Positions 40,337 through 51,637 are shown, counted from the first letter of the stretch. The stretch: 64,000 bases of DNA from Candidatus Daviesbacteria bacterium (GCA_016176465.1 JACOXD010000005.1:3741-67740); one strand, 5' to 3'. A program made the numbers and translations. Notes: generated from the letters alone by a model not told the origin.

Positions 40337-41745
40337 CTATTTTAGATCAAATTGTTATCAACAAATTAGAAGAGATCAAAGTTACTAAGAAAAAATATCC
40401 TTTGCATAAAGTTGCCGGCATATCTAATAAGGGGCGGCGATTTTTGAAATCGATAGAAAATCCCAAGGATGGAGATATTGCATTCATTGGGGAAATAAAA
40501 CTAGCATCTCCATCAGTCGGAGTGTTGGGAAAAAGAGGAGATATTATTAAAAAGGCAATCCAGTATGAAAATGCCAACCTTGATGCAATTTCTGTTGTTA
40601 CAGATAAAAAGTACTTTAAAGGGGAAGTAAGTTTTATTAAAAATATAAAATCAATTAGTAAAATCCCTATTTTAGCAAAAGACTTTATCCTAAACCCTTA
40701 CCAGATTTACCAAATGAAATTATCAGGAGCTGATGCGATCCTTTTAATAGTCAAGATTCTTAATGAAAAAACTTTAAATAACTTCGTAAACTTATCAATG
40801 AAACTAGGATTAGAGCCTGTTGTGGAAGTAAATGATAAGGAGGAACTCAAGGCTGCAGCGAAAACAAAGGCAAAATTAATTGCGATAAATTCAAGAAACT
40901 TGAATAATTTTAAAATTGATATTGATAAAGCTTGTAGGTTGGGAAAATTGATTCCTAAAGGTAGGTTATTTTTAGCATTTTCCGGTGTTAAAAGTAGAGA
41001 AGAGATAAAAAAATATAAAAAGTCCGGGGCAAAAGCCGTTTTAGTCGGAACAGCATTAATGAAAGCAACTAATCCGAAAGATTTGATACAAAGTTTAAAA
41101 GGGATACAAAAGCCAAAAATTAAAATTTGTGGAATTAAAACAATTAAAGAGGCCAAATTGGCGATCAGTGCAGGAGCAGACTATTTAGGCTTTATTTTTG
41201 TACCAAGCTCTAAAAGATTTATCAAACCAAGGAGGGCAAAACAAATTATAAAGAGGTTAAAAGGAGTAAAAATAGTTGGTGTTTTCCAAAATCAACCGCT
41301 AGATTATGTAAACTTTGTTGCAAAAGATTTAAATCTGGACTTTGTGCAACTCCATGGAAACGAAGATGGAGGCTATACTTCAAAGATAAATAAGAAGGTA
41401 ATCAAAGTTTTTGTAATTAAACCAGAGGATAATGCCAATAAATATGGTCCCATAATGAGAGCGTACAAAGTAGATTATTTTATGATTGATCGCCCAAAAA
41501 ATAAGGTAACCTTTTCTGCGAATAAAAAAACAATTTTTAATCCTCTGGATATTAAAAAATTACAAGAAAAAATTAAAACACCAATATTTTTATCAGGTGG
41601 ACTAAATTCTAATAATATACAAACTTTTCTTTCGGATTTTGTACCTTTTGCGCTAGATGTTTCATCTGGTGTTGAAACTGATGGAATTAAAGATCCAGTC
41701 AAAATTAATCAGTTCATAAAAAATGCCAAAGGAAAAGCAACATGA
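40333..41745 (+). CDS. trpCF: bifunctional indole-3-glycerol-phosphate synthase / phosphoribosylanthranilate isomerase
   Basis: N-terminal IGPS barrel (…[10 protein letters not shown]…) fused to a C-terminal PRAI (KIKICGIKT…GADYLGFIF). Confidence 0.75.
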   Translation: MTILDQIVINKLEEIKVTKKKYPLHKVAGISNKGRRFLKSIENPKDGDIAFIGEIKLASPSVGVLGKRGDIIKKAIQYENANLDAISVVTDKKYFKGEVSFIKNIKSISKIPILAKDFILNPYQIYQMKLSGADAILLIVKILNEKTLNNFVNLSMKLGLEPVVEVNDKEELKAAAKTKAKLIAINSRNLNNFKIDIDKACRLGKLIPKGRLFLAFSGVKSREEIKKYKKSGAKAVLVGTALMKATNPKDLIQSLKGIQKPKIKICGIKTIKEAKLAISAGADYLGFIFVPSSKRFIKPRRAKQIIKRLKGVKIVGVFQNQPLDYVNFVAKDLNLDFVQLHGNEDGGYTSKINKKVIKVFVIKPEDNANKYGPIMRAYKVDYFMIDRPKNKVTFSANKKTIFNPLDIKKLQEKIKTPIFLSGGLNSNNIQTFLSDFVPFALDVSSGVETDGIKDPVKINQFIKNAKGKAT

Positions 41746-42968
41746 GAAAAATTGGTCACTTTGGAAAATTTGGAGGAAGATATGTTCCGGAAATGCTAAT
41801 GCCGGCCTTAGAGGAGCTAGAAAGCACTTACGAGAGTGCAAAAAAAGACAAAGATTTTCAAAAAGAATTTAAAGAATTATTGAGAAACTTTTCCGGAAGA
41901 CCAACTCCTTTAACATATGCTGCAAATTTAACTGAAAAATTAGGGGGAGCAAAAATATATTTAAAAAATGAAGGGTTAAATATCACTGGTGCCCATAAAA
42001 TTACACACTGTATTGGTCAAGCAATGCTTGCTAAAAAAATGGGTAAGAAAAGATTGATTGCTGAAACAGGAGCAGGACAGCATGGGTTAGCAACTGCAAC
42101 TGTGGCAGCTAAATTTGGGTTTGAATGTAGTGTTTATATGGGTGAAGAGGATATTAAGAGACAACGACCTAATGTTTTTTTAATGGAGAGACTAGGAGCA
42201 AAAGTAATTCCAGTTAGTTTTGGTAGCAAAACCTTAAAAGACGCTGTTAATGCTGCATTAAAAGATTATATTGAAAATGTAAAAACTTCTCATTATCTTT
42301 TGGGTTCTGTTGTTGGTCCCCATCCTTATCCAACTATGACTAGAGATTTTCAATCTATAGTTGGTAAAGAAACGAAAAAACAAATTAAAAAGTTAGAGGG
42401 AAAATACCCTGATGTTATTATTGCTTGCGTAGGTGGGGGGAGTAATGCCATGGGAATTTTCTATGATTTTATTAAAGAAAAAGAGGTCAATTTAATTGGT
42501 GTTGAAGCAGGAGGAGTTGGTGATAAAATTGGTGAGCACTCAGCTAGATTTAAAGGGGGATCCATTGGGGTAGTTGAAGGATTTAAGTCGTATTTTTTAC
42601 AAGATAAAGATGGACAATTACAAAAGACTCATTCTATTTCAGCCGGTTTAGATTATGCTGGAGTTGGACCAGAACTTGCTTATCTGCAAGAAACTAAAAG
42701 AGTACAGTTTCAATCCATTACCGATCAAGAAGCACTAAACGCTTTTGATTTACTCGCAAGAGTTGAGGGAATTATACCAGCTTTGGAATCTGCTCATGCA
42801 CTTGCCTTTGCAATAAAAATTGCTCCAAGGCTAGAAAAGCAAAAAATTATTGTGGTTAACTTATCAGGAAGAGGGGATAAAGATTTATTTATTGTAGCCA
42901 AAGCATTCAAAGATAAAACCTTTAAAGAGTTTTTACTAGATTACACTAAATTCTATGAACAATATTGA
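41742..42968 (+). CDS. trpB: tryptophan synthase beta chain
   Basis: PLP-lysine motif …[10 protein letters not shown]… and GGGSNAMG. Confidence 0.9.
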   Translation: MRKIGHFGKFGGRYVPEMLMPALEELESTYESAKKDKDFQKEFKELLRNFSGRPTPLTYAANLTEKLGGAKIYLKNEGLNITGAHKITHCIGQAMLAKKMGKKRLIAETGAGQHGLATATVAAKFGFECSVYMGEEDIKRQRPNVFLMERLGAKVIPVSFGSKTLKDAVNAALKDYIENVKTSHYLLGSVVGPHPYPTMTRDFQSIVGKETKKQIKKLEGKYPDVIIACVGGGSNAMGIFYDFIKEKEVNLIGVEAGGVGDKIGEHSARFKGGSIGVVEGFKSYFLQDKDGQLQKTHSISAGLDYAGVGPELAYLQETKRVQFQSITDQEALNAFDLLARVEGIIPALESAHALAFAIKIAPRLEKQKIIVVNLSGRGDKDLFIVAKAFKDKTFKEFLLDYTKFYEQY

Positions 42969-43740
42969 TAAAAAAATAAATCAGCTTAAAAAGGAAAGCC
43001 GGATGGGTGTAATGACTCATGTAGTAGTAGGTTATCCAAGTTTAAAGGAAACCTCGCAATTAGTTTTATTGATGAGCAAGTGTGGAGTGGATTTTATAGA
43101 GCTACAAATTCCTTTTTCAGATCCCTTGGCTGATGGTCCAACTATTATGAAAGCCTGTGAGAAATCCCTACATAATGGAACAAAAATAAAGGATGCAATG
43201 AGAATTGCCAAGGATATCTCCAGTAAAATTAATAATCCACTAATATTTATGGCTTATTTTAATAATATTTTTAAATATGGCGTTAAGAAGTTTTGTCAGG
43301 ATGCTAAAAGTGCAGGGATATCTGGGTTGATTGTTCCTGATATACCTCCTGAAGAGGAAGAGTGCGAGTGCTTGAGGCATTTTGCGAAAAAGATGGGTCT
43401 TTATTTTATACCTGTTCTATCACCGGTCTCAACTATAAAGCGAATTAAAAAAAACTTAAAAAAAGGTGAGGGATTTGTTTATTGTACTGCCAAGCAAGGA
43501 ACGACCGGAGTTTCGCAAACATTGAATTTAGAAAGCTTACAATACTTAAAAAAGGTCAAGAAAATCTCAAAGGTTCCTATTGCGCTAGGATTTGGAATCT
43601 CTTCAAGAAAACACTTGCAACAAATTAAAGGAAATGCTGATATAGCTGTGATTGGTAGTTTTCTAATTAATCTAATTGAAAATTCAGAAAATAACTATCA
43701 GAAAAAAATTGCAACATTTTTAAACTCTTTACAAGAATAG
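42955..43740 (+). CDS. trpA: tryptophan synthase alpha chain
   Basis: …[18 protein letters not shown]…. Confidence 0.85.
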   Translation: MNNIDKKINQLKKESRMGVMTHVVVGYPSLKETSQLVLLMSKCGVDFIELQIPFSDPLADGPTIMKACEKSLHNGTKIKDAMRIAKDISSKINNPLIFMAYFNNIFKYGVKKFCQDAKSAGISGLIVPDIPPEEEECECLRHFAKKMGLYFIPVLSPVSTIKRIKKNLKKGEGFVYCTAKQGTTGVSQTLNLESLQYLKKVKKISKVPIALGFGISSRKHLQQIKGNADIAVIGSFLINLIENSENNYQKKIATFLNSLQE

Positions 43741-43748
43741 ATTTTAAA

Positions 43749-44444
43749 TTATTCAAAAGGATTTGTTTTGCCTGGAGTAGTACTTCCGGTTACTGAAATA
43801 ATTGGTGTAATTTCAGTGAGTTGCTCAATTTTAGTTAAAAGTGTGATATCCGCTGCTGATAAACCTTCAACAGGTGTATCTATAGCTCCTAATGTTGTAG
43901 GTTGAGGAGAAAAAAAAGTAGTTAATTTAACAGATCCAGAATAAACGGATGAATCTTTTGAAGTAGTTAGTTCATATCCTGCAAGCCTTATAACCCTTGG
44001 AGCTTCATCAAAACGATTGAAAAATCTTTTTAAATCACTTAAAGTTCCAATTACTTCTAATTGAATGGAATAACTTAAAGCTCCATTAATAGCGGTACTC
44101 TCATTTGCAACATCAAGACCAACTATTTGCAAGTTTGTTGAAGCTGCTGCAAATTGAACTTGGCTGAGAGATTGGGGAATATCCTTATCAAAGGGTAGAG
44201 CAATTAACATTTGGTCAATATAAACTTTATACAAATCCCTATCTATTTGGTTTAAATTGTTTATTTTTTGAGTTAGACTAGTTATTTTCTTATTTGTCTC
44301 ATCCATTTTGGAGGAGAGATTAAATAAATTATAAATTTGAGGAATTATTACAAAAATTAAGATCAAAACTGAAAAAACTGTGACAATAATAGGAAATAGG
44401 AAAAATTTGTATTTTTCTAGACCTGGTGGAATTTCGATTTTCAT
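43749..44444 (-). CDS. pilO: type IV pilus assembly protein PilO-like
   Basis: N-terminal TM plus a coiled coil; position after PilN/PilM. Confidence 0.5.
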   Translation of the reverse strand: MKIEIPPGLEKYKFFLFPIIVTVFSVLILIFVIIPQIYNLFNLSSKMDETNKKITSLTQKINNLNQIDRDLYKVYIDQMLIALPFDKDIPQSLSQVQFAAASTNLQIVGLDVANESTAINGALSYSIQLEVIGTLSDLKRFFNRFDEAPRVIRLAGYELTTSKDSSVYSGSVKLTTFFSPQPTTLGAIDTPVEGLSAADITLLTKIEQLTEITPIISVTGSTTPGKTNPFE

Positions 44445-44998
44445 TTTAATGTTACAATCATATCTACTCTAATTGCATCTTTGAGTTTATTTATATTTTC
44501 AATTCTAACTTTAGTAACTTTTCCTCTATTTGTATTTGTATCAATTAAATTGTTAAGCAAATTCCTAAGAGAGTTCGTTGAATTTGCTTCTATAGTAATC
44601 CCAATTTGAACGCTTCGCTCAGAATTAATGCTGAGTAAGCTCACACCGGCTGGAATTAAAGACGTAATGAGATTTGCGCCGTCTAGAGTAGGATTAGGCA
44701 GGGAAATTAACCCATTAATTAAACTTAAGCGTTGCTTAAGTAAGAATAAGTATCCTTCCTGATCCTTTAAATCATTTATTTGGTTTTGAATATTTGCTAT
44801 CTTGCTATTTAATTTTTCTAACTCTTGATTTTTAACCAAGCTATACCCTAAAACTGAAGCAGTAACGGTAATTGCAATAGATAAGCAAACAATTGTAATT
44901 TTGTTGATGAAACTTATATATTCTTTTCTTTTCTGGATTTGAGCTAGCTCCGGGGGGAGCAAATTAATTGAGATTTTATCCATGTTACTTTGGACCAA
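44441..44998 (-). CDS. pilN: type IV pilus assembly protein PilN-like
   Basis: Single TM and coiled coil; translationally coupled to pilM/pilO. Confidence 0.5.
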   Translation of the reverse strand: MVQSNMDKISINLLPPELAQIQKRKEYISFINKITIVCLSIAITVTASVLGYSLVKNQELEKLNSKIANIQNQINDLKDQEGYLFLLKQRLSLINGLISLPNPTLDGANLITSLIPAGVSLLSINSERSVQIGITIEANSTNSLRNLLNNLIDTNTNRGKVTKVRIENINKLKDAIRVDMIVTLK

Positions 44999-45096
44999 AT
45001 CGGACTAAACTTTGTCCGTTCAAAAACTTTATTCTGCCGATTTGTCCATCACTTAACTCCGATATATTAAAAAGTCTGCTTTTTATTTTATTCATA

Positions 45097-46137
45097 TTAA
45101 TTTTCTCTTAGAGCCAATCCTACTGCTACCGTATAGGCAGGGGCGTCTACTGCCAACTTAGTCTTTAAATTGGCATCTTTATTAATATAATACCAAGGAT
45201 CAGCTTGTTGAACTTCTAAACCCAAAACATTAGCAAAATAAATAACTACTCCTGGAAGCAGAGCACCACCTCCGCCCAAAACTACTCTTTTAATTGGGCG
45301 CTGGGGATTTTGCATCTCGTGAGCTTGAATAACTCTTTTTACCTCAGACAAAATAATATCTGCAATTGGTTTTAAAACCTGAAATACTTTGCCTTCTAAT
45401 TGATCCTCAAGTAATCCATATACTTTTTTATATTCCTCAGCTTGAATTAGTTCAAAATTAAAAGCTTGAGCTATAGCCCGAGTTAGTGCCATACCACCTG
45501 TTGCAATCGAGCGAGTCATTAAAATTACACCTTCGGAAACAACAGCAAAATCAGAGGTTGTTGCTGAAAGTTGAATTAAAAGCGTGGTTGGAGAGTAAGG
45601 ATTTATCCCTAAAAGTGCCCTGGATGCAGCAATTAATTCTGTTTCAACTGCTACTGGTTTTAACGCTGCCATATTTAAAACTTTTAAATATTTCTCAACT
45701 ATATTTTTTGGAGAAGCAACGACAAAAACAACTGTTCTGCTTTTGGGACCTTTTTCGCTGCTGCGAAAAATTATTTGATAGTTTAAATTAACATCTGCAA
45801 TGGGCATCGGTACAAATTCTTCTGAGGCATATCTGATAGCTTGAGCCAATTCTTCATTAGTTAAATAGGGAAGATCATATATTACTCTAGTAAAAATTCT
45901 TGACTCAGGCAGTGCAACTACAACATCTTTTGTGGGAGGATTTACCTCATTTATCAAGTGCTTAATAGAGTTTGCGACTACTTCCAAATCCAAATCAGCA
46001 TCAGAGATTATGCCAGGTTGAGGAGAAGCAATATGACCTAAAGACACTAATTTCGCTTCCTTTTCTTTGTGGGATAAAACAACTAGCTTAATTGAAGATT
46101 GACCAATGTCTAAACCAATTCTATATTGGGCAGCCAT
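45097..46137 (-). CDS. pilM: type IV pilus assembly ATPase-like protein PilM (actin fold)
   Basis: …IGLDIGQSSIKLVVL… and …VVLGGGGA…. Confidence 0.75.
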   Translation of the reverse strand: MAAQYRIGLDIGQSSIKLVVLSHKEKEAKLVSLGHIASPQPGIISDADLDLEVVANSIKHLINEVNPPTKDVVVALPESRIFTRVIYDLPYLTNEELAQAIRYASEEFVPMPIADVNLNYQIIFRSSEKGPKSRTVVFVVASPKNIVEKYLKVLNMAALKPVAVETELIAASRALLGINPYSPTTLLIQLSATTSDFAVVSEGVILMTRSIATGGMALTRAIAQAFNFELIQAEEYKKVYGLLEDQLEGKVFQVLKPIADIILSEVKRVIQAHEMQNPQRPIKRVVLGGGGALLPGVVIYFANVLGLEVQQADPWYYINKDANLKTKLAVDAPAYTVAVGLALREN

Positions 46138-46229
46138 AATTCAAGTATAAGCGAAGCTTGAAATAATCGCTATGCTTTTATTTTAAAGTATAAAGTATAA
46201 AGTATAAAGAGTTTTGATATACTCATCTT

Positions 46230-46753
46230 GTGGACAAGATAGAGATTATTAAACTCAATCCCAATCGGTGGGAAGAATATAAAGAGTTGCGATTACAGGC
46301 TCTAAAAGAAAATCCGGAAGCTTTTGGGTCAACTTATGAAGAAGCTGCAGATAAACCAGATAAGGAATGGAAATCCCGACTTGAGAAGGTACAGAAATTA
46401 AAGAATTATTGGATGTTTTTGCAAAATTAAGTGGGGAGTTAATAGGGTTGTTAGGCACCAGAGAAACTAATCCTCCGGATACTTTGCCTACTATAAAAAT
46501 AAGTGGAGTTTATATTGCCTCGAAGGCAAGAGGGAGAGGAATTGGTAAAAAACTTATGCTTCATTTATTAAAAGAAGTAGTAAGAAACCCTAGATGGAAA
46601 AAAGTTAAAATAAAAGTTTTCCCTACTCAAGAAATAGCAATTAATTTATACAAAAGCCTGGGGTTTGAAGTTATAGAAAAAGTTACTGAAGATTTTCCAA
46701 GCGGAATAAAAAGAGAGACTTTTGTAATGGAAAAATCCTTAATAAATCCCTAG
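46230..46753 (+). pseudogene. GNAT N-acetyltransferase split by a frameshift near a T5 run (about 46416-46420)
   Basis: ORF 46230..46430 carries the GNAT N-terminal region; ORF 46409..46753 in the +1 frame carries motif A (RGRGIGKKLM) and the C-terminus. Confidence 0.5.
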
Positions 46754-46782
46754 GTGTCTAGCTAGTCAACCCCCCCAGGTTG
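46747..46782. repeat. family-3 repeat, copy 2
   Basis: TCCCTAGGTGTCTAGCTAGTCAACCCCCCCAGGTTG. See 16148. Confidence 0.6.
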
Positions 46783-46812
46783 AATTTCGGTGTATACAGG
46801 ATTGTATAGGAA

Positions 46813-48579
46813 TTACTTCTCCTGATAAGTTCCTTTAACAACCGAGTAAGATCCTCCTGGTCCTGAGGAGAAGAATGCTCCTGCTAAACCCTGATCATAT
46901 GTTATATCTATTTGCTGTCCAAGAGAAATTTTCCACGCTGTTATTTCTGTAAAATCATTCTGCTGCTCAACCCTTATTGTGCCTAAATTTGAGTATAAGA
47001 CACCAGTGTTACCTTGCTGCTGAACGTGTATTGCATAATCACCCTCAGGATCATCCCTTGAGTTAAATTCAGAAATTAAAAATAAATAGCTGCCGTTTGT
47101 ACAGGTATCCTGCCAGCAGCTCCCTTGAATGTGATTCTGCTGTTCCATGGTTATGGTTCCATCGGTAATAAACACACCGCTGGAAGCCCCGTATGAACTG
47201 TCTAACCTTATTTTACTTTGCTGATCCATATAAAAATTTCCTGTTATCCAGACAGGTGAATAGACTGTAACACTGCATAAATCTGGCAAAGTAACATTTC
47301 CAACATATTTACCAGAGTTAAGAACTGAAGGGCAGTTTGTAATATCTCCTGTATAAATATTTTCATCCGCTTGATCCTTCCATTCATCAATATTTCCTTG
47401 AGAGATAGGCATTGGTAGAGGTTGTGGGTCAGAGGAGCCTGGATGTAGACTTCCAGCAGTTATGTTTTGAGCACTTTGATAATAGGCACCACCACCAATA
47501 CCTAAATCAATTAGGGTGTTGGCATGTGCATCACCTGCAATTTTTACCATATTTGCTCCCTTTATGTAATTTATAACCCCTCCCATATAGACCTTAAAAC
47601 CTAAATCCCCTGAGATTGTATTCCAAGTCGAACTTCCTGTTGACCATTTGGCTAAACAGGGGGGAGTAGAGGAACAAGTGTATCCTGCTAGAGTGTCCAG
47701 CTCCCAAGCCCAATAATTACTGCTAGTATTTCCCGAGGTATCTATCATAATCCAATATGTTGTGCCTGCAGTTAGAGTTGGAGAGGAGGTAAAAGTTACA
47801 TCTATAAATGAGTATTGAGATGTTACTAGATTTGATTGAATTGTTCCTGATGCTAAAACATTATTTCTGTCTGGATTGTCACCAGAATCTGAAAGTATTT
47901 TAACAGTTGCTGTTTGAGGATTCCCAAACTTTTTAATTTTTAGCCCTACTTTATTTATAATTTGGGTTTGGGATGGTTTAAAACTTTGAGCTACGTCATA
48001 GATATTTTGACCGCTAAAATTTTTCCCAAACAGAAAATCAGAACAATTAGGTGGCACACATTCATGTTCTTGATCCGCAGTAGGCTGAGTACCTCCTGCA
48101 ACGTATACATCTCCTAAAATTTCAGACTGCTGATCTATAACAGCATTTCCATTTGAATAAAGACTTCCATCTATAGTGCCCTGCTGTTCCATATAAAGAC
48201 CTCCATCACCAACTTGCACTCCATAATTAAAAGCAACACCAACTCCTTTGGACATCTCAATTCTAATAGTTTTTTTGGATTTAGGATTTGTTTTATTAGG
48301 GATGTAACCCGTGGATTCAATGATGCTAGTGGTAGAATTTTTAGGAATAACAGAAACGATGTAGGTTCCATTACCTAAGTTAGTCTCTTCACCACTATAA
48401 GAGCCAGCTGAGGTATTCATACTTGCAACAGCCTTATCTATTCCAGCCTCAGCCAAGTTTAAAGCCTGAGTAGAATCAATGCTATAGCTAGCACTTTGTT
48501 TAAAGGTGAGCGCTCCGCCAATCAAAACAATTGAGTTAATTAAAACTAACATTAAAGCAATAACAGCTAAGATGAACAT
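46813..48579 (-). CDS. large PilX-like pilus-associated protein (N-terminal TM; internal beta-helix-like repeats with recurring …EQQ… motif)
   Basis: A hydrophobic N-terminal helix without a GFTLIE site. Repeated segments such as YMEQQGTIDGSLYSNG, ITMEQQNHIQGS and IRVEQQNDFTEI. Confidence 0.45.
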   Translation of the reverse strand: MFILAVIALMLVLINSIVLIGGALTFKQSASYSIDSTQALNLAEAGIDKAVASMNTSAGSYSGEETNLGNGTYIVSVIPKNSTTSIIESTGYIPNKTNPKSKKTIRIEMSKGVGVAFNYGVQVGDGGLYMEQQGTIDGSLYSNGNAVIDQQSEILGDVYVAGGTQPTADQEHECVPPNCSDFLFGKNFSGQNIYDVAQSFKPSQTQIINKVGLKIKKFGNPQTATVKILSDSGDNPDRNNVLASGTIQSNLVTSQYSFIDVTFTSSPTLTAGTTYWIMIDTSGNTSSNYWAWELDTLAGYTCSSTPPCLAKWSTGSSTWNTISGDLGFKVYMGGVINYIKGANMVKIAGDAHANTLIDLGIGGGAYYQSAQNITAGSLHPGSSDPQPLPMPISQGNIDEWKDQADENIYTGDITNCPSVLNSGKYVGNVTLPDLCSVTVYSPVWITGNFYMDQQSKIRLDSSYGASSGVFITDGTITMEQQNHIQGSCWQDTCTNGSYLFLISEFNSRDDPEGDYAIHVQQQGNTGVLYSNLGTIRVEQQNDFTEITAWKISLGQQIDITYDQGLAGAFFSSGPGGSYSVVKGTYQEK

Positions 48580-48581
48580 CT

Positions 48582-49157
48582 TTAATTATTTCTAAAGTTA
48601 ATTTCTCCGCTTGTACTACTTTGGTAATTGTTTAAACCAGATTTATTTAATAAATTAACAATATAATTTATTTTACTTGCATTAGTTGGGGTAGTAGATA
48701 CCCCTGTTGAGTCCAAATAACTAAATTTAATTAAGCTTAGCGAACTGGTTAAAACCCGATTGTTTGAGGGACGAGAACTTTGCTCCGATGGAATTGTGAT
48801 TCTACGTAAAACTTTCTGATTGGCACTATCTGCTGCCACGACTATATGGTCGAAAATATCGGGGATTACATCTTCATCTTGATTTATTGATGGAATTTTA
48901 ATTATTAAAGTATTATCTGATGTTATATAGATGGGATTGGAATCCGGATACTCCGCTACAACACCGGCAGAGGATTTTATATCGTTTTCAATAATTGATG
49001 AAATATCATTTAAATTTAGACCATGACTAATTTTGAATGATTGATCAACAACTAAGCTGTTATTATTGACTAATACTTGCAAAAGCAGCACTCCGGCAAT
49101 TGCTGAAACAGCCATAACGATTAAGAGCTCAACTAAGGTAAAACCTTTGGTTTTCAT
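48582..49157 (-). CDS. prepilin-type (type IV pilin / pseudopilin) protein
   Basis: N-terminal MKTKGFTLVELLIVMAV, the class III signal peptide (prepilin-type cleavage/methylation site) followed by a hydrophobic helix. Confidence 0.7.
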   Translation of the reverse strand: MKTKGFTLVELLIVMAVSAIAGVLLLQVLVNNNSLVVDQSFKISHGLNLNDISSIIENDIKSSAGVVAEYPDSNPIYITSDNTLIIKIPSINQDEDVIPDIFDHIVVAADSANQKVLRRITIPSEQSSRPSNNRVLTSSLSLIKFSYLDSTGVSTTPTNASKINYIVNLLNKSGLNNYQSSTSGEINFRNN

Positions 49158-49663
49158 TTTAAGCCGCCCTCGGAAATTAGTGTATCTATTGTAAGATCTT
49201 TATTTGCATTATTTTCCCTCCAGGAAACTTTCACTTTAGCTACTTTAATTTTGATGTTGCCATCTATTTCTGCTTGAGTGCAAATTGAAACCGGGCAATC
49301 TTCAATAATAACCGTGCCTGATGAGGAGGGTAGTTTGGATAATCGAGAATCAACTAAGGTTGTTTGTCCGGTGACTAAGTTTTCAAACCCACTACTTCTT
49401 AAATTTTCTATTTTTGCAGAGGCTATCTCTTTTGCTAAGGATGAATTTTTACTAACCCCGATAAGTTGAATTGAAGATGGAAGATTAACAATCATTAATA
49501 CTATCAATCCAAATATTAAAAGTACCAAAACCATCTCTATTAGAGAAAAACCTTTTTGGTTTTGGACAGATCTGGACAAACTAAATATATTTAATGGATC
49601 CCTACAGCCAGATCGTCCACTACGAGCTTTTACTTTTCTAAGAGTTGTGCTTATTAATTCCAT
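49154..49663 (-). CDS. prepilin-type protein with an unusually long leader
   Basis: QKGFSLIEMVLVLLIF at residues 36-52. Confidence 0.55.
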   Translation of the reverse strand: MELISTTLRKVKARSGRSGCRDPLNIFSLSRSVQNQKGFSLIEMVLVLLIFGLIVLMIVNLPSSIQLIGVSKNSSLAKEIASAKIENLRSSGFENLVTGQTTLVDSRLSKLPSSSGTVIIEDCPVSICTQAEIDGNIKIKVAKVKVSWRENNANKDLTIDTLISEGGLK

Positions 49664-49666
49664 TAT

Positions 49667-50518
49667 TTACTCCTTCTTTATTTCACCTGCTGAGAAAATG
49701 GCAAAGTCAAAAAAGTAGGGAACTACATCTTGAACTCTAAAAATAGTTATTTTTCTTTGGATATTACCTGCACTTCCTGTTGCTTTATAAATTGCTGCTT
49801 GTGGGGGGAGGGCTTTATTTGCGCTTGGTAAAACAGCAAGTTTTTGGAATTGATCTGAATATAAAATTCTAACTCTAGCCAATATGGGTACACCAATATA
49901 ACCATTGATTGTTGCTTTACAATAAAATATGCTACTTGAAGAGGTAGTTGTATTAATCGGTGATTGACCACTGTTTGAACAAGTTGCCAACTGAAAATTA
50001 TTAGGAGGGGTTCTTAAGTTCTGGGAGTCAAAATAATATTTAAAAGATCTATAGCTACTTGCCTGCTCTGTTATCACATTGACCTCAATAGCCGGTTTGC
50101 TTGCAACCGCAAGACAAGTGGGAGTAGTTAAATCGCAGTTTCCAAAATATACCGTAAAACTATTATCAGTATAAAAACCTACTAAATTATTATTAGGATC
50201 AGCCAGCCAAAAATGGGCAAAATCAAGTTTTCCTATGGGAGGATATTCCAATCCTTGATTACTTAATGGCAAATTATTATTAACCAAAACAGTAGCACTT
50301 GATTCATTTCCAAGGCTAAAGGAAGCGACATTGGTTTGAGTAAGTAGCGCTTTTTCAATACCTGCCTCCGCAGCAGAAAAAGCCCGGGAAGATTGTTCGG
50401 TTTTGGTAGAGCTGGCAATATCGTTGATGGAATTTTGAACAATAGATAACCCAATGGTTAGTGCAACTAACATTACAAGCAGCAAAATTATGACAACTTG
50501 ACCTTTTTGATTTCTCAT
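49667..50518 (-). CDS. PilX-like pilus assembly protein (N-terminal TM, no Gly-Phe cleavage site)
   Basis: MRNQKGQVVIILLLVMLVALTIGLS…. Confidence 0.5.
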   Translation of the reverse strand: MRNQKGQVVIILLLVMLVALTIGLSIVQNSINDIASSTKTEQSSRAFSAAEAGIEKALLTQTNVASFSLGNESSATVLVNNNLPLSNQGLEYPPIGKLDFAHFWLADPNNNLVGFYTDNSFTVYFGNCDLTTPTCLAVASKPAIEVNVITEQASSYRSFKYYFDSQNLRTPPNNFQLATCSNSGQSPINTTTSSSSIFYCKATINGYIGVPILARVRILYSDQFQKLAVLPSANKALPPQAAIYKATGSAGNIQRKITIFRVQDVVPYFFDFAIFSAGEIKKE

Positions 50519-51090
50519 CTTAAATTTATACTTGTTTGGAATGGCACATTTTCTATTCTGGCGAAAAATTTATTTCCGGAATTTATTTCCTGACCTAACT
50601 TAAATTCAACAGTAACGACTGTAGTAAAACCAGATGCAAAGTTGACCACAAATGATCCGCTTTTTAAACTAATTTGGGAATTTTTATTGGTAATAAAAGT
50701 TTCATTCTCTGGAGGGTTGATTGTTGTATCACAAACATTACCCTTTTCATTCTCAGTCTCTGGAGTTGGGGTATCTGAGACTATATATCCATTAGTGTCA
50801 CTTGTTTCAGGAATAAGTCTTACTCTTGTATAAACTCCATCTTTTAGTATGCCTATTACTGAAGAGGGGTTGCTACTTGTTGGACAGACAACTGAATTGG
50901 AATTTAAAATTACTCTCTCAATTGAGTTAAGAGCTACCTGGCCATTTTGTTTAACTCTGGCAATCAATGAAGCTTTAGTGTTCCCTTGAAAAGTCCTGGC
51001 CAATAAATCAACTGTAATTAGACCAATAATTCCAAAGATAGTGGCTGCGACCAAAGCCTCAATTAAAGTGAAACCTTTGCCATTTAACAT
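50515..51090 (-). CDS. prepilin-type protein
   Basis: MLNGKGFTLIEALVAATIFGII…. Confidence 0.7.
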   Translation of the reverse strand: MLNGKGFTLIEALVAATIFGIIGLITVDLLARTFQGNTKASLIARVKQNGQVALNSIERVILNSNSVVCPTSSNPSSVIGILKDGVYTRVRLIPETSDTNGYIVSDTPTPETENEKGNVCDTTINPPENETFITNKNSQISLKSGSFVVNFASGFTTVVTVEFKLGQEINSGNKFFARIENVPFQTSINLR

Positions 51091-51091
51091 A

Positions 51092-51637
51092 TTAATAATT
51101 AGTTAAAATTGTTATTAGTTCTGATTTATGCGAACCTGATGGATCATCCCAGTAAACTTGGGCAGTGAATTTTTTTTGCATCTGCTCACCATTAATATTT
51201 TCAACAAAAATCTTTCGGTGAAATATGCCACTAAGCTGGGTTTCAGAGGTATTTAGTGCATTTTTTAACTCGCAATTACCTTGAGTGGGAATGAAATAAT
51301 AAGCACTTGATGTTCCAACAGGTAAGTTTTGCCAAATATTTGCGGTGGGTGCTTCATCAATTTTCCAGGAATAATTTGTTCCATCTTCGCTGCAAATATA
51401 AGTATTGCGGTTCCGCATCTGTTTTATTTTTTCCAAACCCTCCTGGGCTAACTTAGTCGCCTGCACCTGATTTTGAGAAAACTGGCTATTTCGCAAACCG
51501 ATAAGGGTAGTAACAGTTAAGGCCGTTATGACCAATACTGCCACACCTAAAGCAATGGTAATTTCCAAAAGGGATTGGCCCTTGTTATTAAGGTGAAGGT
51601 GATGGCATATTTTCATAAATGGCCCCTCCTTTATCAA
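51092..51637 (-). CDS. prepilin-type protein (variant GQSLLE site)
   Basis: …NKGQSLLEITIALGVAVLV…. Confidence 0.55.
   Translation of the reverse strand: MIKEGPFMKICHHLHLNNKGQSLLEITIALGVAVLVITALTVTTLIGLRNSQFSQNQVQATKLAQEGLEKIKQMRNRNTYICSEDGTNYSWKIDEAPTANIWQNLPVGTSSAYYFIPTQGNCELKNALNTSETQLSGIFHRKIFVENINGEQMQKKFTAQVYWDDPSGSHKSELITILTNY

Noticed and set aside
40707-41156. Minus-strand 149-aa ORF (and 40347..40577, 41475..41702) inside trpCF
   Set aside because: Antisense shadows within an AT-rich coding region.
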